A DNA stretch of 64,000 nucleotides from Fimicolochytrium jonesii (Eukaryota): positions 744,001 through 808,000 of the forward strand of contig NW_026515677.1 in NCBI RefSeq assembly GCF_025526975.1, in the 5' to 3' direction. Positions within the stretch are counted from its first letter, which is position 1. Each line of letters starts with the position of its first letter. Below, one piece after another: positions 22,407-34,627 of the stretch. The translations under genes and the position numbers were made by a program. The notes under the pieces are model-generated. The model had not been told where the DNA came from. It did no database searches and worked only from the letters and a program-made list of their open reading frames with translations.

Positions 22407-23105
22407 CTATCGCTTCTTGCCCTCCTTCTTCTTGATCGTCTCATCCCCAACAAAGATCCCTTTCTGGTTGTAGGGCTCTGGCGGCCTCCACTTCCTAATC
22501 AACGCCGCAAACTGCGTAATCTTCTCCAAATCGTTCCCCTGCAAAATCAACCGAGTTGGAGCAGGAATCTTGACCTCCACATCCTCCGGAATCTCCATCA
22601 AGATTGGGTGCGAGTATCCCAACTTCAAGCTAAGCTTCCCTTGCTCAAACAGCGCCCTGTAACCAACACCCGTGAATTTGATCGGGACCGTGAAGCCTTC
22701 GTGCACGCCTTCCACCATGTTTTCGAGTAACGCCCGAGTCGTGCCCCACATGGCCCGCTGTTTCCGGTCTTTTGTGTCGGTGATGGAGACCGAGAGGGAT
22801 TTCTTTGGGGCGGTGGGGTCGTGTGCTGCGAGCTCGACGGATACGAATGGCTGGAGGGGCATGCTGAGGCTCCCTCGTGGGCCTTTGACGGTGACTTGGT
22901 TGGTGCAGCGGGGGTAGGAGGGTGTGGGGAGGAAGGGCTCTACTCCGATCGTTACTTCGTGGGGGTACTTGAGGACTCGGCGACCGATCATGGACTGTGG
23001 GACGGGGGTTGTAGTGAAGGGTCGAACCGAGCCATTCTGTGATCGAAGCGGGGTGTTCAGGCACCTTTGCCTTGCGGCCTGCAACGGTGCTGCTGCGGAC
23101 CTCAT
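22407..23105 (-). CDS. MRPL6: Mitochondrial ribosomal protein L6 (uL6m)
   Basis: VTVKGPRGSL, AMWGTTRALLENMVEGV, GVGYRA, LKLGYSHP, WRPPEPYNQKGIF; presequence-like N-terminus. Confidence 0.95.
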   Translation of the reverse strand: MRSAAAPLQAARQRCLNTPLRSQNGSVRPFTTTPVPQSMIGRRVLKYPHEVTIGVEPFLPTPSYPRCTNQVTVKGPRGSLSMPLQPFVSVELAAHDPTAPKKSLSVSITDTKDRKQRAMWGTTRALLENMVEGVHEGFTVPIKFTGVGYRALFEQGKLSLKLGYSHPILMEIPEDVEVKIPAPTRLILQGNDLEKITQFAALIRKWRPPEPYNQKGIFVGDETIKKKEGKKR

Positions 23106-23622
23106 TGTTGCGAGATCTAGTCCGGGAAGACGGTTGTGTTCTGTGCGGCGCTTCTCAGCGAGGGATTGAGCGCTGCGGAAAGGCGTTGCTGAGGACGACA
23201 AAAACGGCGCCGCGTCTCACCCCTCCCAAGAGTCCCAAGCAGAGTCCCAGAGTCCCAAGGTTCCATGGCTCCAGGCAAACCCCATTCCTGGCAAAACATC
23301 CATATTCGTCCACCCATCGTCTATACCGACCCCCACACACTCGCACACCCGCTTCTCATACGTAACAGTAGCACCTTCGCGGCTTGGAAACCTCTCTCCT
23401 ACGCGCTCTACAAGTCAGGATTAGCTCGATCCGCTAGGTAAGGTCATTCCATTTTGTTGATTACAGCTGCGGTTCATCTAACTGACCGAGTAAACGTTTC
23501 AACAGTGGCCCAAGCGCTTCATTCGATTGTTGGTTTCGGTTCGGAGGTTAGATACACACCTTACGCTGCTCCGGGCTCTTCTTCGATACGCTCCTGAGGA
23601 CAGCCGTCCACTTCCGCACACC

Positions 23623-24312
23623 ATGGCCTCCGTCACCCCTGCCATGAGGCAAGGCGCAAACGTTTGTATAGCAACGATGAACCAGCGGCTGCAGGCAGCA
23701 AGGCGGTTGCGCTACGCTGCACAACTATCACAATGCACAGTCACTCTCCGACGGCGTCTCTTTGAAAGATGCAACAGCTCGAGCTCTTCGAAGGGTCCTC
23801 TCGACATTGAGATCACATATCGATCTCGCGACGAGCTATCGGAAATCCTCCGCACCCACCCAACATACAAAGCCAAGTTCCTTTCTCGCGTCGCTTCCAT
23901 CCCCGAGTTAGCGCGGGCATACCGCGATCTAGACGAGCACATCAAAAAGATGGGCTACGCCTCCGCACGTGAGCCGACACGCATGCCCGACGCGGCAACA
24001 GTGCAGAGGATGCAGAAAGATCAGATATTAGTGGAGAAGAGTTTGGCGGTGCAGAGATTGCTGCAGGTGCATGGGATCGTGAAGGTTGGGCCCGCCGGAG
24101 TGAAGGTTGTGCCAAAGAGGGAGGACAAGCCGGGTCCAGATCTGGAGAGAGCAGTGAAGATGGTCAGGGGGGTGGTTCCAGCGCAGAAAGGAGGGTTGCC
24201 ACCACCGACGTTCGTGCCGCTGTCCAAGCCGATGCAGTGGTTCAAATCTGTGTTCATGACGACCGATAAACCGACGGACCCGAACAAACCGGCCGGCTCG
24301 GAATCGAGGTAG
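23623..24312 (+). CDS. Hypothetical protein (~229 aa), possibly mitochondrial
   Basis: Long open frame with an Arg-rich N-terminus and an apparent 5' UTR intron (~23438-23505). No recognised domain. Confidence 0.55.
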   Translation: MASVTPAMRQGANVCIATMNQRLQAARRLRYAAQLSQCTVTLRRRLFERCNSSSSSKGPLDIEITYRSRDELSEILRTHPTYKAKFLSRVASIPELARAYRDLDEHIKKMGYASAREPTRMPDAATVQRMQKDQILVEKSLAVQRLLQVHGIVKVGPAGVKVVPKREDKPGPDLERAVKMVRGVVPAQKGGLPPPTFVPLSKPMQWFKSVFMTTDKPTDPNKPAGSESR

Positions 24313-24514
24313 ACGTTGCAACCTCTGGGATGGTCTCATTTTCTCAGCATCTACAAACATCGTCTTCAACGTCATATTTTCTTTTGCGTCATTAACAAGT
24401 GAATCAATGCGGGACATATGGATTACTGTCCTTGTACATACATAAAATCAAATCACCTCATGCCTTTGCGCATCGCACTCTTACAGAGGATCGCTTCCCT
24501 CCCTACGCCACAAC

Positions 24515-25303
24515 CTATACAACCCTCCCCACAAACTCCACCCCCTTCATCCCGGGCATCTCCCACTGCACCAAAAACCGATCCACAAACCACCAACAAA
24601 TCCGCCCCGTCATCGACAACCTCTTCACCCTCGCCCAACTCTCCACATACAGCAGCCGCGGCGGGCGCCATATCCTCTCCGGCAGCGGCAATATACGCGT
24701 CAGGAACGCCAGCAAGAGCATCGGTAACGCGGTGCCTGGCCCATTGGAGATCATGATGTCCGGGCGAAGGGTGAACAGGAGCTGGGCGGACGCGTAGGCG
24801 GCACGTAGGAATGAGAGGGGTGTCGTGAGGTAGGATTGGTGGACGGAGCGTGCACGCGGGATTTTGTGGATGGTGTATGCTGGTACAATAATGTTGTTGG
24901 TGATGCCGGTATCGTCTGTACCAGCAGTTGTACCTGCCGATGGCGCTGAAGCCATTGTATGCCCCTCTCCACCCGCCCTCGCCTTCTCATATGCAACAGC
25001 CTTATCCCCACTCCCCGTATCAGACTCCGCAACGACATAACACCGCGGGCTATATCGCTCCGTAGGCAGAGTATCGAGCATACGCAGCATTTCCGAGGTG
25101 TGCCCGCCTGAGCCGAGGATGATGCAGATCTTGCATGGTGCTTTGCGGGGGTGGCTTGATTGTCGTGGTGGGGGTTGGGGGCGCGTGGAGTAGGGGAGGA
25201 GGGCGATGAACCGGAGGACGACGAGGAGGAGGAGGGAGGTGAGGGCTGTTAGGAGGGTGAGCGTCGTTGTGGCTGGTATTATTGAGAACGTCATTGCATG
25301 CAA
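24515..25303 (-). CDS. ALG14: UDP-GlcNAc transferase subunit ALG14
   Basis: N-terminal TM segment, ILGSGGHTSEM, IPRARSVHQS, NGPGT, YVESWARV, FLVQW. Confidence 0.95.
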   Translation of the reverse strand: MHAMTFSIIPATTTLTLLTALTSLLLLVVLRFIALLPYSTRPQPPPRQSSHPRKAPCKICIILGSGGHTSEMLRMLDTLPTERYSPRCYVVAESDTGSGDKAVAYEKARAGGEGHTMASAPSAGTTAGTDDTGITNNIIVPAYTIHKIPRARSVHQSYLTTPLSFLRAAYASAQLLFTLRPDIMISNGPGTALPMLLLAFLTRILPLPERIWRPPRLLYVESWARVKRLSMTGRICWWFVDRFLVQWEMPGMKGVEFVGRVV

Positions 25304-25653
25304 CGGGAGGAAGGCTTTCGCACCATGTCCATGTCCAACCGGATAGACTTGAAGTCGAACCTCACGCCATTGTATATTTTTTGACCTTGTAAGCCTACAC
25401 TCCTACAGTATACCTGTGAACCTCAAACTATACATACTCGATGGATGCTATAGCCTTTGTCCGACTAGTGGAGGCGTAATAAATTCAAAGTATCAAAGCA
25501 CCTCGTTCCTCGTGGGATCGTCTGCTGAACATAATTGGGACGGCCACACTTGTCCCATTCCTCCAGCCTTGACGATCTGCGTCAGGGTCCACATACCCTT
25601 GCTTGACAGCGAACTCGGGGAGTCCGATAGGTGCCGCACGAAAAGCACAGAAA

Positions 25654-28447
25654 ATGTCAGACACTATGGACCTGACCGACGAGGTGGATGACCTTATGGA
25701 CGTCGACGAAGGCGACCAAATGGTAGAAGACGACGAAATGATAGAAGACGACGACGAGCAGGAAAACCCGGCGGGACAGGCGGAAGTAGACGAAGACGGC
25801 GACCACATCGTCAAAGAGATTGACGTCTTCTTCTCCCACACCCTCACCGACACCCTCTACCTCTTCCAATTCCCAACCCGGCTACACGACTTTGACGAAG
25901 ACAACAAACCCTCCGTCGGCCGTGTGAAGCCAAAGACGAAGCGGTTTGAGATTGATATCCCGCTGCAGACGGGGAGCGAGTATTACAACAAGGAGAGGGG
26001 CGAGGAGTTGGGGCAGGGGACGGATAATGCGCCGATGCGGGGGGTGTATGATTATGATGACCATACGCCGAAGAAATTGTTGGAGAAGCAGACGCTTAGC
26101 TCGTCGTTGTTGCCGTCGCAGGCGAACTATATGGTGGGCGTTATGAAGGAAGGTGCGTGGCGGAACCTTTGCAGGGCTCTGTGAAAGGGGGCAGGCGAGG
26201 GTCGTGTAGCTGCGTTCTCACAACCCGGTGTCTGCAGATCAATTGCACTTGACACCAATCAACATGGCATTACAACTGCGTCCGAGCTTATACTACATCG
26301 ATAAGATCACGGAGAAGCAGGCGGCGCGGTATCAGGAGGACTCGGTGGAGGCGAACAAGCGAGCAAACCCCGAATACGAAGAAGAGGCGAAGATTCTTTC
26401 GGTTAGTGCATAAGCTAGTCGGCAACGATGTGTAGTGGAGTTTCTTACATGCACCTTTGGTCTTTTCAGGTTACCATTAAAGGGCCGGAGGACAAGGAAG
26501 GTATCCGCAGAGCAGCCCAAGCAGAGCTGCAGCGGAAGGCTGAGGAGGAGGCGTGGCAGAAGATGTTTATACATCACGCTGAGGTATGTGCGCGGAAGTG
26601 CAAGGATGTGTTGTCGCTCGACGCTAATGCGTGGATGTAGTCAGAACTATCAAAAAAAGTCATCGCGCAGCTTTACTCGACGAGTGAGGGAGATGTCGAT
26701 GTTACATCTACTCCAGCCGGGTACCTGAACGATCTGGACCCGACGTTCAATGCGCAAAGGTATGCTGGCCAATCGCGCATACTCAGCAAGGCGGCGCGTA
26801 CTTATCTCTCCGCAATTCTACCCAGCTACGACGCGAGTCACATCAAAGTGAGGAAGGGCCTCACACTGACTCAAATTGCCAAGTTGACGTTAGCGGAGAA
26901 GGTCAAAGCAATCTTGATGAATGGTATGGTTCCGAAGCGCGCTCGCGGATCATGATTGTCTGCTTGTGGCACTCACACTATCATTCCCGTATCAGCAAAC
27001 GTCGCCCAATTCCACACGATAGCGAAGATGCTCGGCAATATTACTGAATTGGATGTGGAGGAATTGCTTGCAAGCCTCCGCGCCGCGGCTGTTCTTGTGC
27101 GTGGGGTCTGGATCGTCCGAAGGTACGGCCATCACACTCCATGTCTCGGCAAAATACATCAGAAACTGATCGGCCTTCGCGGGATGGCAGTGAGCTCATG
27201 TACACAGATTACGCGCTCCATGCCCGGCGCTGGCTGCTGTACATGTTCCAACAATCCCAGTACATATCCCGACGGGAATTCTCTGACTACGTGCGGATCC
27301 CCGGCACGATGGCGACGAGCATGCTGTCCGAGATTGCGGTGCTGGAGGCTGGGAAGGGATGGGTTTTGAAGGTTGCTCCGGACGAGCAATTTGTTGCCGA
27401 GTGAGTGCCTTCTGATCACCACTTGGAGATTCTAGTCATTGCTGTCCGGAAGGCTAATTGACTGTCGATTCAGTTTCGACGATGTGTTGGTGGAGCAAGC
27501 CATGACGGTAGAAGCTGAAGCGCAGGAGGCTAGATTGCTCTGGGAGCCGCGGGTTGTAAAGCCGGCGGCGCTACCCAAGGCGGCGGCAAAAGCGGCGGCG
27601 AAGCGACCACCGTCTGCCTCTGCGGCAGCAAAAGCTTCGGCAGCGGCATCCGCGTCTACGCAGAAACCAGCAGCCAAGGCCCAAGGTAAGCCGCGCCTTA
27701 CAGTCGTCTTTGACTGTCTACCCGAGACGCTGATATGATGATGTGAAATATTTTCAGCAGGGCCTCCACCTGCCGCCGCGCCGGCTCCAGCCCCATCCGC
27801 CCCTCCCGCCGCCAACACACCTGCCAGGGGTGGTACTGTGCACCAGCACGTAGTTGCCGCTATCGCCAATCTGTACACGGAGAACTACGTCATATCTGGC
27901 GACTATATTGCCAGTGCGGTTTTGGCCCAGGATGCAGGTGCGTCTTCACGTGTAAAGGTCTCATCATGTCGCGTCGAGAATTCATGTGATTTTGTTAGGA
28001 ACGACAAGGGAGGATATCGTCGCTGCCACCGCATCCTTCTGCGTCCAGATCCGCGACGACCTGTGGGTTCGCAAGTCCGTGGGTCACGCGCAAATCGACG
28101 AGGTCTGAAAACCATAACCTCCTTTGCAGTTCGTAGCACTCACCAGGCGAACTCACCCCCTCCCAATCTCCACCCATCCAGTTCCGCCCCATCATAATCG
28201 ACCTCTTCCGCTCAAAAGACGTCATTGCCAAAAAGGAGATCAACGAAGTCACGAAAGCTCAAAAGCAGTGCGAGGTGCCCGTCGCACCGTACTCGAAGAT
28301 CATGCATGAGCTTAGTAAATCGGTGGGCGGGGGTAGATGGGTAAGTTGTTGCGTTTGCTTAGAACGCAGGCTTTGAGCAAGCTGACCGATTGACTTTGGT
28401 GGTCACCCTTGCAGGAGCTTAGAAAATCACCGGTTTGGGGTGCGTAG
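25654..28447 (+). CDS. RPC5: RNA polymerase III subunit RPC5/Rpc37 (multi-exon)
   Basis: IVKEIDVFFS...LYLFQFPTR, NYMVGV, LHLTPI..ALQLRPSL (Sin_N-type), with about ten GT-AG introns. The 3' exon model is tentative. Confidence 0.85.
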
Positions 28448-29544
28448 GAAGGTTCACCATCCCCAGTCTGCGACAACGCATTGTACAAAGCATATCATTA
28501 TTTCGTTTACTTGTAATTTATCGCATCGAAGAATGCACCTGCGTATGCCAGTTCTCGTGTTATCCGGGATACTTGATGGAGATCAAACTGTGGTCAAACG
28601 AAAACCAAATCTAAAAGTGCTGTTCCCCACTCCAGAGAGTCCCTCTCACAACATAGAAGGCATGTCCGAGCGAGTTGACCGCGGCCAAAGGACATCTTGG
28701 GAAAAGGGGTTTCTTGAAAATCGAACATAGGTACGGGAGAGAAGCAGATTCGTAAAACGTGTGCCGATAAGTCTCTTCGCTAGTCTCTCCGGTCTCCCGA
28801 CTTTCTCGCTCCCATTATCGACGTCCTTCCCGCGCAAGAGTGTCCCTCACACTCAACGATGCCACCTTTGGCTGCAAAATTGCGTTCGGTCGGTTTCCGT
28901 TTCCTTCGGCTTCGAGAACTGAGCACGTGTACGGGCACACATTCACAAAGCCCGCCAACCTCCCAATCATGTGGATAACACATCCGGCTTGGACGCGCTG
29001 CTGGATCCTCCATACAGTCTCCTCAAGTGGCAGTTTCAAAAGCCCTCGTCGATAGACAAACTCCATTCTTTAAAAGGTATGTACAACGGCGTTTTGGTTC
29101 GTCCGTCAGTTTACCGAGCTCTCCCGGCCGCAGAGTTCGGGGCGGGGCACTCGCTGATTATGAAGAGTGGGGATGCTTTGCGGTAAAACCTGTCCTACTG
29201 CTCCGTCGTTGCTTCGCGTAAGCCCATCTCGGATGTTGCAGAGCGCCGTGAAGACGAGTGCAGCAGAGCTTCCCTAAGCGCAATTAGATGATTGATGTGA
29301 CGAGATGCCCCGGGCCCGTGTCCTAAGTTGGTCGGATCGAGCGAGATTCCGTGGCCTGAGCGCTTTCATGGCAGAATGGACAGAGTTCCGCCTCGCAGCT
29401 TGGAACAACGCGGTCATCCTCCTCTCCTCTCAGTATCCGACTGATCTTTCCCCAAAATGAAATTCAACCAGCTAGTGAGCCCCAGCGCAACTCAACAGCA
29501 CCACATTCCTCCGCGCTCCGCCCTCTTCATCTCCAATCCCAGTC

Positions 29545-29712
29545 TCACTGCGCAGGCAAAGCAGGGAACGCGGCCTTCCTGGAAGCGGTCATGAGGGCGC
29601 ATATGACGCAGTAAGCGCATAAGGTGTAAACGGCGGTGTTGGCGGTTGATTTCTCTTCGGCGGGCGTGCGGAAGTCTTGGTAGATGCGGCGGAAGTTTGG
29701 GAAGGCTGCCAT
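29545..29712 (-). CDS. 55-aa micro-protein with one hydrophobic segment (Tom5-like architecture)
   Basis: AAACATGG start context; charged N-half, then AVYTLCAYCVICALM, then a basic tail. Divergent from KGD4. Confidence 0.5.
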   Translation of the reverse strand: MAAFPNFRRIYQDFRTPAEEKSTANTAVYTLCAYCVICALMTASRKAAFPALPAQ

Positions 29713-30135
29713 GTTTGCGATTGTTGCTGAGGATGCGAACGCTCGCAAAACGGACGACCGCGAGAAGCTCAATCAGATAAGAGGACGGGGTGCAATTAAA
29801 TAAATGCGAATGAGTGAATTCGGAGATACGGGCACCTCACAACGCTCTTGTCAACGACCGACATCCCTTGCTCATCACAACATCACAACAACAGTACAGT
29901 CTTTGAGGACCAGATATTCAGCGCACGGCCAACCTTCGCTCCCAAGTTTAAGCTTCCATTTCAAACAGCTTGTGAAAAACAAAATCTAATTTCGGTATTG
30001 GCACAATGTCCGCCTCGTTCTGCTTCTCTGCATGCAAACGGAAGCTAACACCATTCTGTTTGTCAGTCGAAGCAAACTCTTGCAAGTTATCATAGCGCCC
30101 TAGCTGTACTTCGCCCGTCGTCCTTCTTCCGCAAT

Positions 30136-30521
30136 ATGACGTTCCCCGGCAAGCACATCCCACTGATCCGCTTCCTCGGCTCGCGAAAGCTTCTACAACA
30201 TCACCAACCATCTTCAGCGTCCAGTCCCTCAAAGACAGCAACAGCAAACATGCCGGCCGGTCTGAATCTCGCACCACAATCGGCGCCGCCCAAGCGGTCG
30301 GGCAACACGATAACGTATGAGAGCTTTGAGCAGTTGCCGCCGCGGTTTAGGCGACTGAGGACGTTGAGCGCGAGGGAGATTGAGATTATTGAAGTAGGTT
30401 TGGGTTCGATGTGCGGGTTGGCCTCGCCAGAACTTAGGAGACATGCGGCATGAATGGCGGGATCTGACCGTGTTCTGCATCGTTACAGGCTGGAGGCGCT
30501 GGACAGATCCTGTCCCTCTGA
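30136..30521 (+). CDS. KGD4: Alpha-ketoglutarate dehydrogenase subunit 4 / MRPS36 family
   Basis: HIPLIRFLG and LPPRFRRLRTLSAREIEIIE|AGGA; intron 30394-30488. Confidence 0.88.
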
Positions 30522-31360
30522 GGAGCAGATCGACGACAAATACCACACCATAATGAAAATTCACTTAGATTTTGCGTACACCGATTGAAAGCTTCGCATT
30601 CGTGATATCGATTTGGCACGGCACCATCCCGCTCGCACACCCTTGCGTTCTCGATACCTTTTGATTGTACATACATGTAATATGAACATGAATGGAGCAG
30701 ACGAGCGATTGCATTTGAGCACAGCAACGTTTTCTGGGCAGTTCGCGGCATTGGCAATCGATTTTTCTTTCAGGCATCGCTCTTTATACAAACATGGAGC
30801 GGTTGCTCGTTGCGGCGGGCACATCGCGATGGGAATCTCTGGTTGTTATTCCGTGGGAAATTCAGAATGACGACGGCACATTCCAAATATAAGGTAAGTA
30901 TTTTGAACAAGGATCTAACAACTCTTCATTGGACAGCATCTCTCAAAATAAAAATGAAACAAAGGCGGGAAGCGCCCCTGAAGCCCAATTCCTCATGTTT
31001 GCTCTGCGTGGGAAAGTGAGCGACATTGGGGGAAACGCGCTGACAGGCGATGACGGGGGGGGCAAAAGACAACGGGGGGAACAGTGGGAAAATGACAGCG
31101 GGATACGGCGAGGCGAGGCGGCTAAGCGGGGGGAAGAAGCGGCTGGATCCCTCGCTTAACGCTTCCCATTCATCACAAGGGGCACGCTGCGGTCGGGGAG
31201 GATCGGGACATGAGCTCCCCGTCTCCCTTGCGCGCGACTGGAACTGGAGCCCCCGGACCTGGCAATGAGCCATTCGGACAAGCGCCCGCAGAGCCCATTC
31301 AGAAAAAAGGAGCGCTCCGACGGTCTGCCTCCTCACACAACCAAGCAATCACAGGACGCC

Positions 31361-31367
31361 TATAAAA
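31361..31367 (+). promoter_or_regulatory. Putative TATA box of the T-box gene
   Basis: TATAAAA ~400 bp upstream of the ATG, followed by an apparent 5' UTR intron (~31588-31696). Confidence 0.45.
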
Positions 31368-31768
31368 CCGAACACCTGCTTCAGAGCCGCCAGATCACCA
31401 CCCAGAATCCTATCTGTCGCTGATCCGGCGCTGTGCTGGCTTCATAGAATAGATAGAGTCTCCTTGCGAGAACCGGCGTCCTTCTCCAGCTCAGTGTTTT
31501 CCAACTCCGACCGTCACTCTTCCGACGGACGGTCTTTGGAATACCCGATCACTTTTCAGTCGTATCAGTCGTCTCGCATTTTACAAGGTTAACACATCCA
31601 TCAAGCGCCGCAGCTACCTCATTCCGTCTAGCACGCCGGCTGGAATCGTACTGTGTCGATTCAATCAGCTTAATCGGTCATTTCTGACTGACGCAGTTCC
31701 TCTGCCGACAAGGTGTGATACACAATCCCCCGAGGCCACCTACTGTCCCATCGACGATCCAAGTCACT

Positions 31769-34001
31769 ATGGGCGAAACCACTGGACGTTCAATTCGCAA
31801 GCGCGCGCAGTCTGACGGCGATGGTAAGAGATCCATGCATCTAACTTACTGAGCCTTTAACACACTTCATCCCCCATCCTCTGTCTCTGAATGCTTGTGT
31901 GAAGTGCTCTCGCGGCCTAACATCTCACACATCATTTCAATCATTCATCACAACAGAGTACCAACCGTTCACCAAGCGCCGCGCAACCTCCAAACGTGGC
32001 CCGTCCCAGCTCCGCGACCGAAACCAAAGCGCGGACACTGCGCTCAAGATCCACCCAAGTGATGATACACGCGTCACTCGCAGCACCCGCGCCAAGCCCA
32101 TCACCTTCACGCCCAACGACGACGATGGGATGTACAAACGCTTGCGGCGGGAGTGTTTGGGAGATGGGAGAGACGGTGTCGCGGGAGTGACGGTTATGTT
32201 GGATAATGCGGAGTTGTGGGCCCAGTTTCATGCTTTTGGGAATGGTATGTGCTGACGTTGCATTAATCATCATTGCAACCCTTCGATTTCCGGGATGTGG
32301 CTACTCGTTTCTAATATGTTTGGACCCCTCTTTAGAAATGATCGTAACAAAAAGCGGCCGCTGCATGTTCCCCACCCTATGCTTCCAGTTCGGCAACCTC
32401 GACCCTACCGCACTGTACTCTATCGCGTTGGATATCGTTCAAAGCGTCCCGCAGCGCTTCCGATTCAGCTACAAGGATGGAATGTGGGCACCCGTCTTAG
32501 AGGCGAAGAGTGATGACGAGCCGAATGCTCAGAATGAGCTTCCGAGGCCTTGTAGGGCGCATATCCTTCCTGTTGGGATTCAGACAGGTTTGTACTGGTC
32601 ATGCGTATGTACGTCGCGTTGTAGTTACGGTGTTCTTAGCTACTGTTATGCCTTATCGCAGGAGAATACTGGACCTCCCACCCCGCCAACTTCTCCAAAA
32701 TCAAGCTCACCAACAGCGCTACCCCCCCATCCAGCACCTCCACCTCCCTCGTCCCCGACGGCTACTTCCTCCTCCGCTCGTTCCACCAATACCAGCCGCG
32801 CGTGCATCTCATCAAGCACAGCCAGTCCTTTACCATCGGCAGCAAGCGCGGCGCTGACCTTGCCGGCGGAGATGTGGTGACGACGTATGTATTTGAGGAG
32901 ACAAGGTTTATGGCGGTGACGCATTATCAAAGCCAGAAGGTGAATACTTTGAAGAAGAATTATAATCCGCACGCTAAGGGGTTCAAGGTTTGTGTCGTTG
33001 TTGCATTTGGCAGGTCGTTGACTGGATACGGAGTGGCTGACATCTCTTTCCATCAGGATGAAGACATCAAACACACCGTCTCCCGCCTCCGGTCCCGCCC
33101 CATCGAGCAATCCCCCGCCATCCAACAACCGCAACCCATCATCTCCTTCACGGCGTATCCCACCTACCGCGGCGGGTCAAGCCAAGACGCGTCCGAATCC
33201 ATGAGGGTCCCCGACGTCAAGAGGCCACGGTATAAGGAGGAGGATACGGACTCGGAGAGCTCTGCGTATGATAACGCGGATGTCGAGGTTAAGAAGGAGA
33301 ATGTGGTGCAGGACGATCGACGGGCGAGCAATGCGTCTGTCGATACCCTTCGGCTGCAGCAAGATTCGGAAAGCCAGTGCTCCGCAGCCGGGACCAGCGA
33401 CGCGTGCGAAGACTGCTACGAGGCGAGCGATGATGACAGCATGGCTGCGATCCGCGGACTTGTCTCCGACGCCAGCCCTGTGAGCAAACCACCCTACCGG
33501 AAACCCTCACTAGCCGCATCGTACGACGAAATTCCGGTGCACGAAGCCACTCCAGCTGTCACCCAAAAGCTCACTACCGCAAGCATCCCCGTCTCCTTAA
33601 TCCCGCCCATAAGCTCCGCCGACGACGACTGGGACATAGACCTCGACGATACCCATCACCCCAACCACCCCCGCGCCGTGCACCCACCCCTCCACGTCGT
33701 CACAAACACCCACCGTCGCCGCTCCCTCCCCACCCAAAACCCCCTCGACGTCCTCGCCACCGTCTGCAACTACATCATCGACTCCGGCGACCTCACCCGC
33801 GCCCCCAGCGAGATCGCCACATCCGAACTGTCCCAACCCTCATCCATTCCATCCAAGCGGCGCGCCTCGGATGCGCATTGGGATGCTAACAAGGAAAATC
33901 GAGTGAAAGTGGATGACGCCGTGGCGCGGATGGCGAGATGTACGGCGTCGAGGTTGGGTGCGCTGGTCTCGGCTTGTGAGATGCGCTCCGCGAGGATGTG
34001 A
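31769..34001 (+). CDS. T-box transcription factor (5 coding exons)
   Basis: Spliced: ELWAQFHAFGNEMIVTKSGRCMFP...LDPTALYSI...QTGEYW...FSKIKLTN...LRSFHQYQPRVH...FEETRFMAVTHYQ...LKKNYNPHAKGFKD. Introns ~31824-31957, 32225-32335, 32588-32661, 32988-33057. Confidence 0.95.
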
Positions 34002-34627
34002 GGTCTTTTGGTGAAGTCTCGTATTGCTTTTGTTTGGATTTTTGCTTCGCTTGGTTTTTTTCATATTCTGCATCTTTCATTTGTGCCATTCCCATTTCAT
34101 AGCGGCAGTCCTGCTCTGTTTTGTATCATATCTGTTTCCTGACTCCCCCTCCTGTTTCGCCCCTCTCGCGCACGACAGATACGGGAGCTCGTGCTTTTGA
34201 TTCGAGTTTGAACTGTACATTCTCACATCTCCCGTTTCTCACTCCCCTGATTGGTAGCCCTGATTGTTAGCCTGATCTAGTCTAGAACCCCTGTTTTCCG
34301 GCAGTTTGTGGAACTTGGATCCCTTTTCACTTTCTTTTGAATATACAGTAATACCCTTTGCCGGAGATTCTTTTTTGGTCCAGTTGTGACGGATTGACAG
34401 GTCCCGTCAATCCGTGTCAACTTTCAAATGGTAATACAGTGTCGGTTTTGGAGTGGGGTCTTCGTTTCCGCATTGGGTGCGGTATGATACGTACGTATAT
34501 GAACAAATACGCCATTCGCAAAAGTTCTTTTTTGCCGTGGGAAAGTCATATATACAGAATGAAATCGAAGCGACACCGTCGATGCTAATGCTAAGCCCAA
34601 TCCGAAACCCGAATCCAAGGTGGCTGG

